A DNA stretch of 64,000 nucleotides from an uncultured Thermotogaceae bacterium. Lineage in GTDB: Bacteria > Thermotogota > Thermotogae > MWEM01. Under the pieces are notes generated by a model. The model saw only the letters and a list, made by a program, of their open reading frames with translations. It was not told the DNA's origin and searched no databases. Each line of letters begins with the position of its first letter. Position 1 is the first letter of the stretch. Of the stretch, positions 9,682 through 19,499 are shown one piece after another. The position numbers and the translations under genes are program-made. The stretch covers positions 181,297-245,296 of the forward strand of contig CAYWWY010000004.1 of NCBI GenBank assembly GCA_964462525.1. Reading direction: 5' to 3'.

Positions 9682-10731
9682 TTATCCCACCCATTCCCAC
9701 CGCATTGGTGTTCCTCGAGAAATGGTTTTTTTCGCTGTTTTTCCCAGGATCTCTTTGAGGTATTTCGGATGAAGGCCGTCACCTGGGCGGATGGAACGGA
9801 CATTCTCCAAAGTGAAATGTTCGCCTGCTTTCATGTCTTTGACCACAAAAAGGGAACGAGAAAATACCTTGCCTTGGGTTTTGGCTTTTTGGGTGAGCTG
9901 ATAGCTTACCTTTCCCAGAGCCTTTTCCACATCCCGAACGGATTGGACCATCTGTTTGAATTCATGGGGTTCCAAAGAGAAGGCGCTGTCGGCTCCCCCT
10001 GCCTTGCGGTCGATGGTGAAGTGTTTTTCGATCACTTGAGTGCCCAAGGCTACAGCCGCAATAGGCGCGGAGATTCCCAGGGTGTGATCGGAAAGGCCGG
10101 TGATGACGCCGAAAGCCTGGGCCATGTGGGGGATTGTACGCAGATTTGCCTCTTCGATCGGGGCGGGGTATGCGCTTGTGCATTTGAGGAGGATGATCTG
10201 GTCGTTTCCTTGTCCTTTGCAGGTTTCCACCGCATCTTCAATATCAGCAAGAGTGGCCACGCCTGTGGAGATCAGGATGGGTTTTCCTTTTGCCGCCACA
10301 TGTGCGATGAGCGGTAGGTCATGGATCTCAAAAGAGGCGATTTTGTACAGAGGCACATCCATGGTTTCAAGAAAATCAGCGGCCGATGGGTCAAATGGAG
10401 TGGAAAACCAGATCAACCCGAGTTGTTCCGCATAGCCCTTCAATTGCGGTTGCCATTCCCAGGGTGTGTACGCTTCTTTGTAGAGGTCGTACAGGGTTCG
10501 GCCATCCCACAGCGTCCCTTGTTTGATCTTGAAGAATTCGTTATCGCAGTCGATGGTCATGGTGTCGGCTGTGTAGGTTTGGAGTTTGATGGCGTCCGCT
10601 CCTGATTCTTTGGCTGCTTCGATAATCCTTTTGGCCAGACGGATATCCTGCTGGTGATTGGCCGACATCTCTGCAATAATGAAGGTGGGATGACCTTCGC
10701 CGATGCTTCTTTCTGCTATTCGGACATGCAT
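9682..10731 (-). CDS. Nonulosonic acid synthase (NeuB/PseI/LegI family)
   Basis: 349 aa. The NeuB-family N-terminus (ERSIGEGHPTFIIAEMSANH) and TIM-barrel-plus-antifreeze-like C-terminal architecture are present. An AAGGAGGA RBS sits 5 nt upstream of the ATG. Confidence 0.85.
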   Translation of the reverse strand: MHVRIAERSIGEGHPTFIIAEMSANHQQDIRLAKRIIEAAKESGADAIKLQTYTADTMTIDCDNEFFKIKQGTLWDGRTLYDLYKEAYTPWEWQPQLKGYAEQLGLIWFSTPFDPSAADFLETMDVPLYKIASFEIHDLPLIAHVAAKGKPILISTGVATLADIEDAVETCKGQGNDQIILLKCTSAYPAPIEEANLRTIPHMAQAFGVITGLSDHTLGISAPIAAVALGTQVIEKHFTIDRKAGGADSAFSLEPHEFKQMVQSVRDVEKALGKVSYQLTQKAKTQGKVFSRSLFVVKDMKAGEHFTLENVRSIRPGDGLHPKYLKEILGKTAKKTISRGTPMRWEWVG

Positions 10732-10886
10732 GGGATCCTCCTTTTTTCGTTATCATTCTTGTATACTATGGGATAATCTATTTGAGCTTTCTTGGCTGAT
10801 GGATGAGAGGAGATTGCCGAATCAATAAAAACAAATTCGATGCAATCGTAAAAGATTTCAGTTCTGCCTTTCAAGCTGCTTTTAAT

Positions 10887-11828
10887 CTATAAATCCAGAT
10901 GGCCCTGAATCCATGTGTGCGTTTGCTGAATCCCTTCCTCGAGGCTGACTCTCGGGCTCCAATCCAATAGACTTTGGGCAAGAACAGGATTGCACTTGAG
11001 TTTCAGGATCTCCGCTTGGGGGTGGATGTGGGGCACATGGACGATCATTTCGCTGTTGGGTGCGATCATTTCTGCCAGCCTTCGAATGGGAATATCCTGG
11101 GATGTGCCTGCATTGAGGATCTTTCCCCATGCCTCTTTGGATTGGCTGGCTTTGTAGAGAAAGTCCACACAGTCTTCGACATACAATAGATCCCTGGTTT
11201 GCGTGCCATCACCGTAGATCTGCAAGGGCTGGTTTTTCATGGCGCGTTTGATGAAGACCGCCACCACACCCCCTTCTCCGTTGGTCTTCTGAAAGGGACC
11301 ATAGGTGTTGAAGGGGCGCACCACCATGGTGGGCAACCCATAGGAGTGATGGTAGGAGAGGGTCAAAGCTTCCCCGCTGAGTTTGGCCGCTGCGTAGGGG
11401 GATGCGGGTTTGGTGGGATGGGTTTCTGTGATCCCGCCTTCATCCATGCTTTGTTCGTACACCATGCATGTGGACATGAAAAGGAATGGGATGACCTGCT
11501 CCTTGCACTGTTGAAGGATCTGGAAGGTTCCAATGATGTCTCGGTCGATGGTTTGTTGGGGATCATCGATGGACTTTTGCACATTGATCTCGGCCGCCAG
11601 GTGGTAGACAAGATCCAACGGTTGTTTGAACAAGTCGATCACGGTTTTGGGATCGCGAATGTCTCCTTGGATGAACTGAAAGCGAGAGGAATCGCGGAAG
11701 GCCTCGATGTTTTCGATTCTCCCGTTGGATAGGTCGTCGAGGGCGATGACCGAATGGCCTTCATCGATCAGCCTGCGCACCAACCACCGTCCGATGAACC
11801 CCGCCCCTCCGGTGACAAGGGCGATCAT
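10887..11828 (-). CDS. NAD-dependent epimerase/dehydratase (extended SDR)
   Basis: VTGGAGFIGRWL Rossmann motif at the N-terminus. 313 aa. It overlaps the upstream dehydratase by 4 nt. Confidence 0.8.
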   Translation of the reverse strand: MIALVTGGAGFIGRWLVRRLIDEGHSVIALDDLSNGRIENIEAFRDSSRFQFIQGDIRDPKTVIDLFKQPLDLVYHLAAEINVQKSIDDPQQTIDRDIIGTFQILQQCKEQVIPFLFMSTCMVYEQSMDEGGITETHPTKPASPYAAAKLSGEALTLSYHHSYGLPTMVVRPFNTYGPFQKTNGEGGVVAVFIKRAMKNQPLQIYGDGTQTRDLLYVEDCVDFLYKASQSKEAWGKILNAGTSQDIPIRRLAEMIAPNSEMIVHVPHIHPQAEILKLKCNPVLAQSLLDWSPRVSLEEGIQQTHTWIQGHLDL

Positions 11829-12865
11829 GGCTCGACTTCCCGTTGAAGAATGGGCCAGATCAGCTCTTTGGTGCTGGGATAATCCAGCGGTTGCTCTTCA
11901 TGGGAGGCGTACAGGCGAGGGACACACGATTTGGCCAGCCCTTGGAAGCTATCCTCATACTCCTTTTGATCTCCCAGATATGGAAGGATCCCGAACATAT
12001 CGTCAAATTCCAACGCCCTTAGGCTTTCCTCTTCGGTCATCAATTCTTCATAAACTTTCTCCCCTGGCCGTTTTCCGATCACTTCAAATCGGTCATGCCC
12101 ATAGAACTCCGCAACGGCTTGGGCCAGTTCCTTCATCCGTACAACCGGCATCTTGAGTACAAAGGTTTCCCCCCCTCTGCCTACTTGGGCGGCTTTCAGA
12201 ATCAGCTCCACGGCATGTTCCTTGCTCATTACAAACCGCGTCATCTCAGGATCGGTGAGGGTTAACGGCGCCTTTTTCTTGGACTGCTCCATGAACAGGG
12301 GCAAAACGCTTCCCCGGCTCATGAGCACGTTTCCAAAACGCACGGTGATAAATCGGGCTTTTCGAGGTCCGCGATAGAATTGGGCCGAACTCATCAGCCG
12401 CTCAGCCAACAGTTTGGTGGCGCCCATGGTGTTGGTCGGTGCGGCCGCCTTGTCGGTGCTGGTATAGACGATGGTTTGCACGTTTTCCTGCAAAGCGCAT
12501 TCGATGACATTCTGCACGCCCATAACATTAGTCTTGACCGCTTCGAACGGGTTGTATTCGCAGGCAGGAACATGTTTCATCGCGGCGACGTTGAAAACGA
12601 TGTCGATCCCTTCCATGGCTCTTGCCAACCGGTCTTTATCTCGAACATCTCCGATAAGAAACCGGACAATGTCGGTGCTGGGGACTGCGCTGCCATTTTC
12701 ATAGAGCTCGAAGAGATGGAGTGCGTGCTGCATTTCGAATTGCTTATATTCATCTCGCGAGAATATTCGGACAACAGAGGGCTTGTCTTTAATAACCCTT
12801 TGAAGCAATGCTTTGCCTACTGTTCCCGTTCCGCCGATAATCAGGATTTTTTTCCCTGCAATCAT
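11825..12865 (-). CDS. UDP-GlcNAc 4,6-dehydratase (PseB/FlaA1/CapD-like)
   Basis: MIAGKKILIIGGTGTVGKAL start and length (346 aa) are typical of PseB/Cap5D-type polysaccharide biosynthesis dehydratases. It is the first gene of the minus-strand biosynthetic block. Confidence 0.8.
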   Translation of the reverse strand: MIAGKKILIIGGTGTVGKALLQRVIKDKPSVVRIFSRDEYKQFEMQHALHLFELYENGSAVPSTDIVRFLIGDVRDKDRLARAMEGIDIVFNVAAMKHVPACEYNPFEAVKTNVMGVQNVIECALQENVQTIVYTSTDKAAAPTNTMGATKLLAERLMSSAQFYRGPRKARFITVRFGNVLMSRGSVLPLFMEQSKKKAPLTLTDPEMTRFVMSKEHAVELILKAAQVGRGGETFVLKMPVVRMKELAQAVAEFYGHDRFEVIGKRPGEKVYEELMTEEESLRALEFDDMFGILPYLGDQKEYEDSFQGLAKSCVPRLYASHEEQPLDYPSTKELIWPILQREVEP

Positions 12866-12967
12866 CCGAGGTCATCCTTTCATTGTCATATGCTTTATTA
12901 TCGGAACAAATCTCCCAAGCTTGAAGAACTGGCATCAAAGAAAATAGGCTGGTCGTCATTACTTGTT

Positions 12968-13903
12968 TCACGCGGGGTCATCCAATCCTTCGAGGTATGT
13001 AATCCGGTTTCTCCCCGATTCTTTCGAGATATAGAGGGCCTCGTCGGCCGTTTTTACTAGGATCTCGGGTTTTTGTTCTCTGCCGGGGACTATGGTGGCC
13101 ACTCCTTGGCTGACAGTTACATACGAATCGACTTTCGACCATTCATGAGGGATTTGAAGGGCTTTTATGTTGTTCCGGAATAATTCAGCAACCTTGGTAG
13201 CGCCTTCAGAATCGGTGTTGGGGAGGATGCAGGCGAATTCTTCTCCGCCGTACCGGGCTGGGAGATCCGTTTTCCTGCGCAATGTCGCCTCCAAGACCTG
13301 GGCTACCTTTTTGAGGGATTCATCACCGGCCTGGTGGCCGTAGTGATCGTTGTAAAGCTTGAAGAAATCGATGTCGATCATAATGATGGAAAGGACCGAC
13401 ATAGCTCGCACAGAGAGCCCCCAAACTGTCTGCAAGTATTCGTTGAATTTGCGTCGATTGAAAATTCCGGTCAATCCGTCCCGATAGGATAGCGCTTCAA
13501 GGATATCTCTGTTGTTCTTGAGTTCCAGTTGGTTTTTGACTCGTGCTTTGACCACCACCGGTTTGAATGGCTTGGTGATGTAGTCCACCGCTCCGACCTC
13601 GAACCCGTAGATCTCATCCCGGTCTGTGTCTTTGCCGGTGATAAAAATGATGGGAATGGTTGCGGTGTTTGGATTGGATTTGATCTTCCTGCACACGTCA
13701 AACCCGTCCAGACCTGGCATCATTATATCCAGCAAAACCAAATCCGGAGGGGTGTCGGATTGGACGATTTTGATGGCTGTCTCCCCATTGTTGGCCACGC
13801 GCAAAGGATACAAAGGTCGTAAGATTTCCAGCAAGACGCGAATGTTCGTGGGCTCGTCATCCACGATCAAAATGGAATGATTGGTTTGATCCGTTTCGTT
13901 CAT
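12968..13903 (-). CDS. Response regulator receiver-GGDEF diguanylate cyclase
   Basis: A REC domain ([14 protein letters not shown]) is followed by a GGDEF domain with a GGEEF active site and an RxxD (RKTD) I-site. The true start is inferred at the internal MNETDQ ATG (13903). The upstream part of the track ORF overlaps the HK gene in another frame. Confidence 0.8.
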   Translation of the reverse strand: MNETDQTNHSILIVDDEPTNIRVLLEILRPLYPLRVANNGETAIKIVQSDTPPDLVLLDIMMPGLDGFDVCRKIKSNPNTATIPIIFITGKDTDRDEIYGFEVGAVDYITKPFKPVVVKARVKNQLELKNNRDILEALSYRDGLTGIFNRRKFNEYLQTVWGLSVRAMSVLSIIMIDIDFFKLYNDHYGHQAGDESLKKVAQVLEATLRRKTDLPARYGGEEFACILPNTDSEGATKVAELFRNNIKALQIPHEWSKVDSYVTVSQGVATIVPGREQKPEILVKTADEALYISKESGRNRITYLEGLDDPA

Positions 13904-16724
13904 CAGATCCCTCCCCAAAAATCTCCAACTTTTCCACAAGAGCCTGTAATGCTTTCTGCGCTTCATGAAAATCAAATCGATTGACAGCCGATTCCAAAAG
14001 GGCAAACTCCTTTTGAGCGGCCGTTGAACCGATTCGTTCTCCCAATTCAGATACCAAGAGTTCGACATCTGGATTGTATTCCTGAATGCAATGTTCCATC
14101 CGCTGGATGTGCGATTGAAGCCATTGAAGATCCAACGGTCTCTCTTCCTGCGGTTTTGAGAATCTCGGTTGAAATGTTTGCTCGAATTGAGCAAGTCGTT
14201 CCATGATCGGTTCCATTTCCTGGCATAGGCGGTCGAAAAGGGAGTCGATGCCCTGTGCTTTGCTGATGATCGCTTCCTCCAGAGAAGCAGCGGCCTGAAA
14301 CACTCCATGAATGGATAGGTTTCCTGCAACCCCTTTCAACGAATGGACGATTCCCTCGGCTTGATCGAGGCGCTTCTCGGATATGGCTGCGCGGATGCGA
14401 TCCAGCGTATCTGCATTGTCTTTTCGAAAGTGGATCAGCAATCGGGCATAGAAAGGCTGATTCCCTTCGACTCGATCCAATCCGGATTGGATATCGATCC
14501 CCGCAATCATGGGAATCTGGATTTCTTGGGTGATAGGCTCGCTTCTGATCGGAATGTCGCTCAAGTCTCTATCCGGGAGCCGAATCCACCGGGCAATCAC
14601 AGAAAGCAACTCGTTGGGGTTGATTGGTTTGGTAATATAGTCGTTCATTCCCGCATTCAGGCATTCTTCGCGGATCCCCCTCAGAGCGTGAGCTGTCATC
14701 GCGACGATGGGCAACTCCGAGTACCGTTCGTTCTTCCGCAAGAAAGTGGTGGCTTCCAATCCGCCCATAACCGGCATCTGCACATCCATGAGAACCAAGT
14801 CATACGATGACCGGTTCAGCATGTCAATGGATTGTTGCCCGTTATCGGCAATCTCCACCTCGATCCCCGCATTTCGTAAGAGTTCTTCCGTGAGCTGTTG
14901 GTTGATCACGTTGTCTTCGACAAGCAACACCCGACCACCGGCCACTTTCTGACGGATTTCACGGGGATCCAATTCCTGATCGAAGCGGTTTTCGGGGAGC
15001 GGATCTTCGGAGGAAGGGATGCCAAAGGTGGCGGTAAAGCTAAAGACGCTCCCTTTTCTCACTGTACTGGTTACAGAGATGGAACCACCCATCATCTCCA
15101 CCAACCGTTTGGAAATGGTCAATCCCAATCCGGTTCCTCCATAATCGCGGGCTGTCGATGGTTCTCCTTGATAAAAAGGGGTAAATAAGCGATCCAACTG
15201 ATCCGGCGTCATTCCTTTGCCCGTATCTGTGACCGAAAAACGGATGGTACAGGTATGTTCACTTTCCTTTTCGCGTTCTATAGACAAATCTACCTTTCCT
15301 CTGTGGGTGAACTTGAATGCATTGTTGATCAAGTTGACCAACACTTGGGTGAGCCTCATCGAGTCTCCTGAAAGGGATTGTGGAATCGAAGAATCCAAGT
15401 GATGATGGAAGGCAATCCCTTTTTCTTCGGATTTCAGAGCGGTAATGTCCAAAATGTGTTCGACAACATCCGTGAGAGAAAATGGGGCAAACTCCATGGA
15501 CATCATGCCGGCTTCGATTTTCGAGAAATCGAGGATGTCATTGATGATGCCCAGCAGAGATTGAGCCGAGAAGTGTATTTTGTGTAGATAGTCTTTTTGC
15601 TTCGGGGTGAGTGTAGTATTTTGGGTCAAGGTGGCATATCCGATGATCGCATTCATGGGAGTGCGGATTTCGTGGCTCATGTTGGCCAAAAAAGTGCTTT
15701 TGGCTTGATTGGACGCTTCGGCCTTATCTTTGGCTGCGCGTAAATCTGTCTCGGATTGGAACAATCGCTCCAGTTTTTCTTTGATCGAAAGACGCATGAC
15801 ATTGAAAGAAGCGGCCAGAAAGCGCAGTTCTGAGAAGGATTCTACATCCACATAGGCGTCCAGCTCATTGTTGGTGATCGAAACGGCTTGGTCGGAGAGT
15901 TTGGCGATCGGCCGCGATATATATCGGTTGGAAAACCAAACCCCAAACCCGATGGCTAGCGCGAGAGAGAACGCAAGAATGCCCATGAACAGGATTTGGA
16001 CCGGTTGGATATAAACTTGGTAATCCTGAGCAGTGCGCGAAGCGAAGAAATACCAACCCGTCTGACCGATGGGCATATATCCCGCAAATCGGTTGCGCTC
16101 GACCGGGAAAACAGAAATGGCGCTGTCTGTAAAACCCGTAGGCAAGATCGATTCGATGGCAGTCTCGAAGCGTTTTGCGTCATCCATATCCCCGAAAACA
16201 ACAGAGCCTTTGCCATCGATGAGAAAGGCTTGTTCGAAAAACTCCGGTATTGCTCTGTTCAGAAAATGAACGATGGGTTCGCAATCGATCGTTGCCCGTA
16301 TTGCTCCGGTAGGGCGACCTTCGGGGTCTTTGATCATCCGCGAGTACAGCATCTGCCCTGTCTCGATCCTCCATGGGGGCTGGTCCGTCTCCTTTTCAGG
16401 CAGATAATCAATCGACCGGATGGATGGATGGATGGGCCATTCCCGATTTGGATCGGTCCAAATGGATAAGTTGATCGCCTCACGATCTCGTGTGGGGGTA
16501 GACTGAATCTGAACCAAGATCGGGGCAATGTCATCTTCAATCTGGTTGAAAAAACCGAAAACCAGTTCGGTTCCCGTGAAACGTAGGGCGCGGATCATCT
16601 CCTGCTCATAGATCCCTTGTATGACCTCAACAGACCGCATAAAGGAAAAGACCCCTAAGATGGTGATCGGAAGCACGAGTATGATGAAGATCATCCCGAT
16701 GAGCATGGTACGAATGCTGATCAT
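13857..16724 (-). CDS. Hybrid sensor histidine kinase (TM-periplasmic sensor, HAMP, HisKA, HATPase_c, REC, HPt)
   Basis: 955 aa with an N-terminal TM helix, an H-box ([11 protein letters not shown]), a G-box region, a receiver domain ([13 protein letters not shown]) and a C-terminal HPt-like helix bundle ([11 protein letters not shown]). Confidence 0.85.
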   Translation of the reverse strand: MISIRTMLIGMIFIILVLPITILGVFSFMRSVEVIQGIYEQEMIRALRFTGTELVFGFFNQIEDDIAPILVQIQSTPTRDREAINLSIWTDPNREWPIHPSIRSIDYLPEKETDQPPWRIETGQMLYSRMIKDPEGRPTGAIRATIDCEPIVHFLNRAIPEFFEQAFLIDGKGSVVFGDMDDAKRFETAIESILPTGFTDSAISVFPVERNRFAGYMPIGQTGWYFFASRTAQDYQVYIQPVQILFMGILAFSLALAIGFGVWFSNRYISRPIAKLSDQAVSITNNELDAYVDVESFSELRFLAASFNVMRLSIKEKLERLFQSETDLRAAKDKAEASNQAKSTFLANMSHEIRTPMNAIIGYATLTQNTTLTPKQKDYLHKIHFSAQSLLGIINDILDFSKIEAGMMSMEFAPFSLTDVVEHILDITALKSEEKGIAFHHHLDSSIPQSLSGDSMRLTQVLVNLINNAFKFTHRGKVDLSIEREKESEHTCTIRFSVTDTGKGMTPDQLDRLFTPFYQGEPSTARDYGGTGLGLTISKRLVEMMGGSISVTSTVRKGSVFSFTATFGIPSSEDPLPENRFDQELDPREIRQKVAGGRVLLVEDNVINQQLTEELLRNAGIEVEIADNGQQSIDMLNRSSYDLVLMDVQMPVMGGLEATTFLRKNERYSELPIVAMTAHALRGIREECLNAGMNDYITKPINPNELLSVIARWIRLPDRDLSDIPIRSEPITQEIQIPMIAGIDIQSGLDRVEGNQPFYARLLIHFRKDNADTLDRIRAAISEKRLDQAEGIVHSLKGVAGNLSIHGVFQAAASLEEAIISKAQGIDSLFDRLCQEMEPIMERLAQFEQTFQPRFSKPQEERPLDLQWLQSHIQRMEHCIQEYNPDVELLVSELGERIGSTAAQKEFALLESAVNRFDFHEAQKALQALVEKLEIFGEGSDERNGSNQSFHFDRG

Positions 16725-16835
16725 GGGTTCTCCCTCAACCTGGCTCGAATCGAGTCCCTTCTTGCTCGAGCGGTTTATTCAATTGTATCACATCTTCCGC
16801 AAAAACCCGGCAATTTAGGAAAAGCTCCCGATTAC

Positions 16836-18149
16836 TCAATGGCTTCGCAAAAGGATTGTGATGGTTGTCCCCAAACCCAGCTCGCTCTTTACCTGGATCT
16901 CTGCTTGAATCTTGCGCGCGATCTCTCGAGCGATAGCCATCCCGATTCCATGACCCACTGAGCGATCGGACCGCCTTGACCGATCCGTTCGGTAGAAGCG
17001 TTCAAACAGATTGGGGATTTCTCGGGGATCGATCCCGGGGCCATGATCCTGGATCTGGATCTGATCTTGTCCAAAACAAATCTCGACTGGGGTATGATCG
17101 TCAGAGAAGGCGACCGAGTTATCCACAAAGATCATAATCAATTGGCGCAATCCTGATGAATGGGATGCAACGGGGTCGGGAAATTCTTGATTCTCCCAGA
17201 AAAACGCCCGATCGGGATAACGCCTGTGAATGGAACTCTTCAGTTCTTCGATCCATGGTTTGCTCGCGAAGGGTTCCAGAGGCAGGTTGTCCTCTTCTTC
17301 CATCAGGCTAAGTGAGAGAAGCTGTTGGATCAAATGGCCCATTTCGTCTGCGGTTTCTCGAATGGCATCCACCGATTCGCGCGCAGCTTCCTGATCGCGC
17401 AACCCCCAGTTTTGAAGGAGTTGGGCATATCCTTTGATGCTGGTTATCGGTGTTCGCAATTCATGGGCCACATCTGACGAAAACCGTTTTTGCAGCTCCA
17501 GACCTCTTTGGATTTTTTCTAACATCTTATTGAGCGCATCTTTCAGCTCCACTATCTCTTGGGTGGTTTCGTTGGTTTCAAACCGCTTTTCCAACTGTTG
17601 GGCGTTTATCCCACGAATCTGTCCTGTCACCATCAACAAGGGCTTGAGGGACCAACTGGCCGCGAACCGGCCCAAAAAGAAAGAGAGTCCGACCAGGCAT
17701 CCTGCTAGAACGAAGAGCCAGTTGCGCATCGCATGTAGAGTATGAATGGCTGCAGTGGCTTCCTGGACCAATAAAAAGGTTTGACCGTCTGTCGTGTACT
17801 CGACCCCATAATACTTGAGGCCTTCTTCCACCTCCAGAAGACCTACATTTGCTTGACGTCCAATTCCAAAGGGATCCTGTAAGACTTCGAACCCCCGCAC
17901 GGGGCAATCTGTTACGGCAATATAGAGATACCGGATCAATTCCTGCCTTAGTGGATTGTTGACGCTGCGGCCGATTCCTCGACTCTGAGCGGATGCAGCA
18001 AAGTAATGCTCTGCCGTTTGGAGCATCTCTCGCTCTATCGATTCATACATCACCCTTTGAAACTGAGCGTACAGAAAGAAGACCGCGGTAAAAGACAGCG
18101 CGGTAAGGATCAATGTGTTGAGCCAGCCGATTTTGTGCGCTAATTTCAT
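16836..18149 (-). CDS. Sensor histidine kinase
   Basis: 437 aa with two TM segments, a HisKA H-box (AHELRTPITSIKGY) and an HATPase_c C-terminus. Confidence 0.8.
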   Translation of the reverse strand: MKLAHKIGWLNTLILTALSFTAVFFLYAQFQRVMYESIEREMLQTAEHYFAASAQSRGIGRSVNNPLRQELIRYLYIAVTDCPVRGFEVLQDPFGIGRQANVGLLEVEEGLKYYGVEYTTDGQTFLLVQEATAAIHTLHAMRNWLFVLAGCLVGLSFFLGRFAASWSLKPLLMVTGQIRGINAQQLEKRFETNETTQEIVELKDALNKMLEKIQRGLELQKRFSSDVAHELRTPITSIKGYAQLLQNWGLRDQEAARESVDAIRETADEMGHLIQQLLSLSLMEEEDNLPLEPFASKPWIEELKSSIHRRYPDRAFFWENQEFPDPVASHSSGLRQLIMIFVDNSVAFSDDHTPVEICFGQDQIQIQDHGPGIDPREIPNLFERFYRTDRSRRSDRSVGHGIGMAIAREIARKIQAEIQVKSELGLGTTITILLRSH

Positions 18150-18300
18150 AATCTCTGATCCGCTTTCAGAAAGATTGCCCTGGAAGTCCTTCGGATATCA
18201 GCCATCCCTCGATTCCCTTTCTGCGCTATCTGTTTCCGTTCTATCGTACCGCACATTTCTTGGAATTGGCTTAGAATTATGCAAGCGGTGGCTGCCTCCA

Positions 18301-19323
18301 TTATGCCTTGTCATGACCCTGACAACCGTCTGCGTCCACCCAAAAGACGGCATGATGCAGTCCGTTCCATCGCGGGTCGGTATACTCCGCTGGGTCGTTT
18401 ACAATCATGAGCGCCGAAAGGCGGTTGCCATACACCGCTCCGGTGTCGATATTGATCTGGATGAGCGATCCTCCGCCTTTCTCATACCGAAAATAGGCAT
18501 GTCCCTGTCTCAAGATCTCCATGACCTTCCGATCTACTCCGAATCGAGATCCGTAGGATCCTGCCAGGAGATGGGTGGGGGTATGTCCATGCACCAATAT
18601 GGCATTGTCAATCCTCTGATCCAATAGACTCCGGTTCCAGATATTGGATTCATCGATCGGAATGCCATATTGCTGCTCCAAGGCATGGAAATGTTCAAAG
18701 GATTTGGCTCGAAATATCTCTTTCAGAGGTACTTTTGGGTTGGGGGTGGCATGGCTGAACAGATATCGGATGGGGTCTCCCTTCGGGCGAACCACCCTTT
18801 CTTCATGAATGTATCGGAGATGTTCGAAAAATGTTTGGTATTGGGGTTTGAGGTCAAATTCACCCCGATTTCGCACATACGTCCGTGAACCCTGATCCAA
18901 GGCTCCTTCTTCTTGGATCAATCGGGGAAGGGGGGAGCGGGGATCAAAGGATTGGATTGTTTTCAGACCTCCGTTTCTCCGCGTGCACCAAAAATTCCCG
19001 TAGGCGGCCAAGATATCGGATCCCTTTTGGTACATCAAGAGTTGATCTTCATGGTTGCCCATAAGCAATACCGTTTCAACCGGGATGCTCCGTATGAAAT
19101 CCACTACTTCTCTCGATGCGGGTCCACGGTCGATATAGTCACCCAAAAAGATAAGCCGACAATGACTGGCTCTTTGAATGTACGGTTCGAGATAGGCGTA
19201 CAACTGGGTCAACGGCTCAACGCATCCATGAATGTCTCCAAACACAAGGATCATCTCGATCACTCCCTCAAAACGCTTGGGAATCAATGACTCAATTATA
19301 GCATGCAAGATCCTGCTGAGCAT
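18301..19323 (-). CDS. PPP-family metallophosphoesterase (Ser/Thr phosphatase / ApaH-like)
   Basis: GDIHGC ... GDYIDRG ... GNHE motifs. The real start may be the internal MILVFGDIHG (~19254). Confidence 0.75.
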   Translation of the reverse strand: MLSRILHAIIESLIPKRFEGVIEMILVFGDIHGCVEPLTQLYAYLEPYIQRASHCRLIFLGDYIDRGPASREVVDFIRSIPVETVLLMGNHEDQLLMYQKGSDILAAYGNFWCTRRNGGLKTIQSFDPRSPLPRLIQEEGALDQGSRTYVRNRGEFDLKPQYQTFFEHLRYIHEERVVRPKGDPIRYLFSHATPNPKVPLKEIFRAKSFEHFHALEQQYGIPIDESNIWNRSLLDQRIDNAILVHGHTPTHLLAGSYGSRFGVDRKVMEILRQGHAYFRYEKGGGSLIQINIDTGAVYGNRLSALMIVNDPAEYTDPRWNGLHHAVFWVDADGCQGHDKA

Positions 19324-19499
19324 TTTTCCAAATCCCGGTCAAAGCATCGGCGCGCAAGGAGAACTGTTCGCATGGATCCACATCGACAGTTTGCTGATTT
19401 TCTCTGGTTTTTTGATTGTTGAAAATAGATCCATGAATCGTGTATACTAATTGGGAGCTGTTTTTTTGTTAGCTGAAGGGGCCATATTCGGATCGGTTT

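Noticed and set aside
9562-10317. 251-aa plus-strand ORF inside the synthase gene region
   Set aside because: It lies antisense to the strongly supported NeuB/PseI-family CDS and has an Arg/Gly-rich low-complexity translation typical of a shadow ORF. The same applies to 11199..11732, 12380..13060 and 4303..4812.
10732-10886. Possible sigma-28 (FliA) promoter upstream of the nonulosonate synthase gene
   Set aside because: Only a partial match on the minus strand (TAAAAG ... GCAGAACT) with non-consensus spacing. The RBS is clear, but I cannot support the promoter class by eye.
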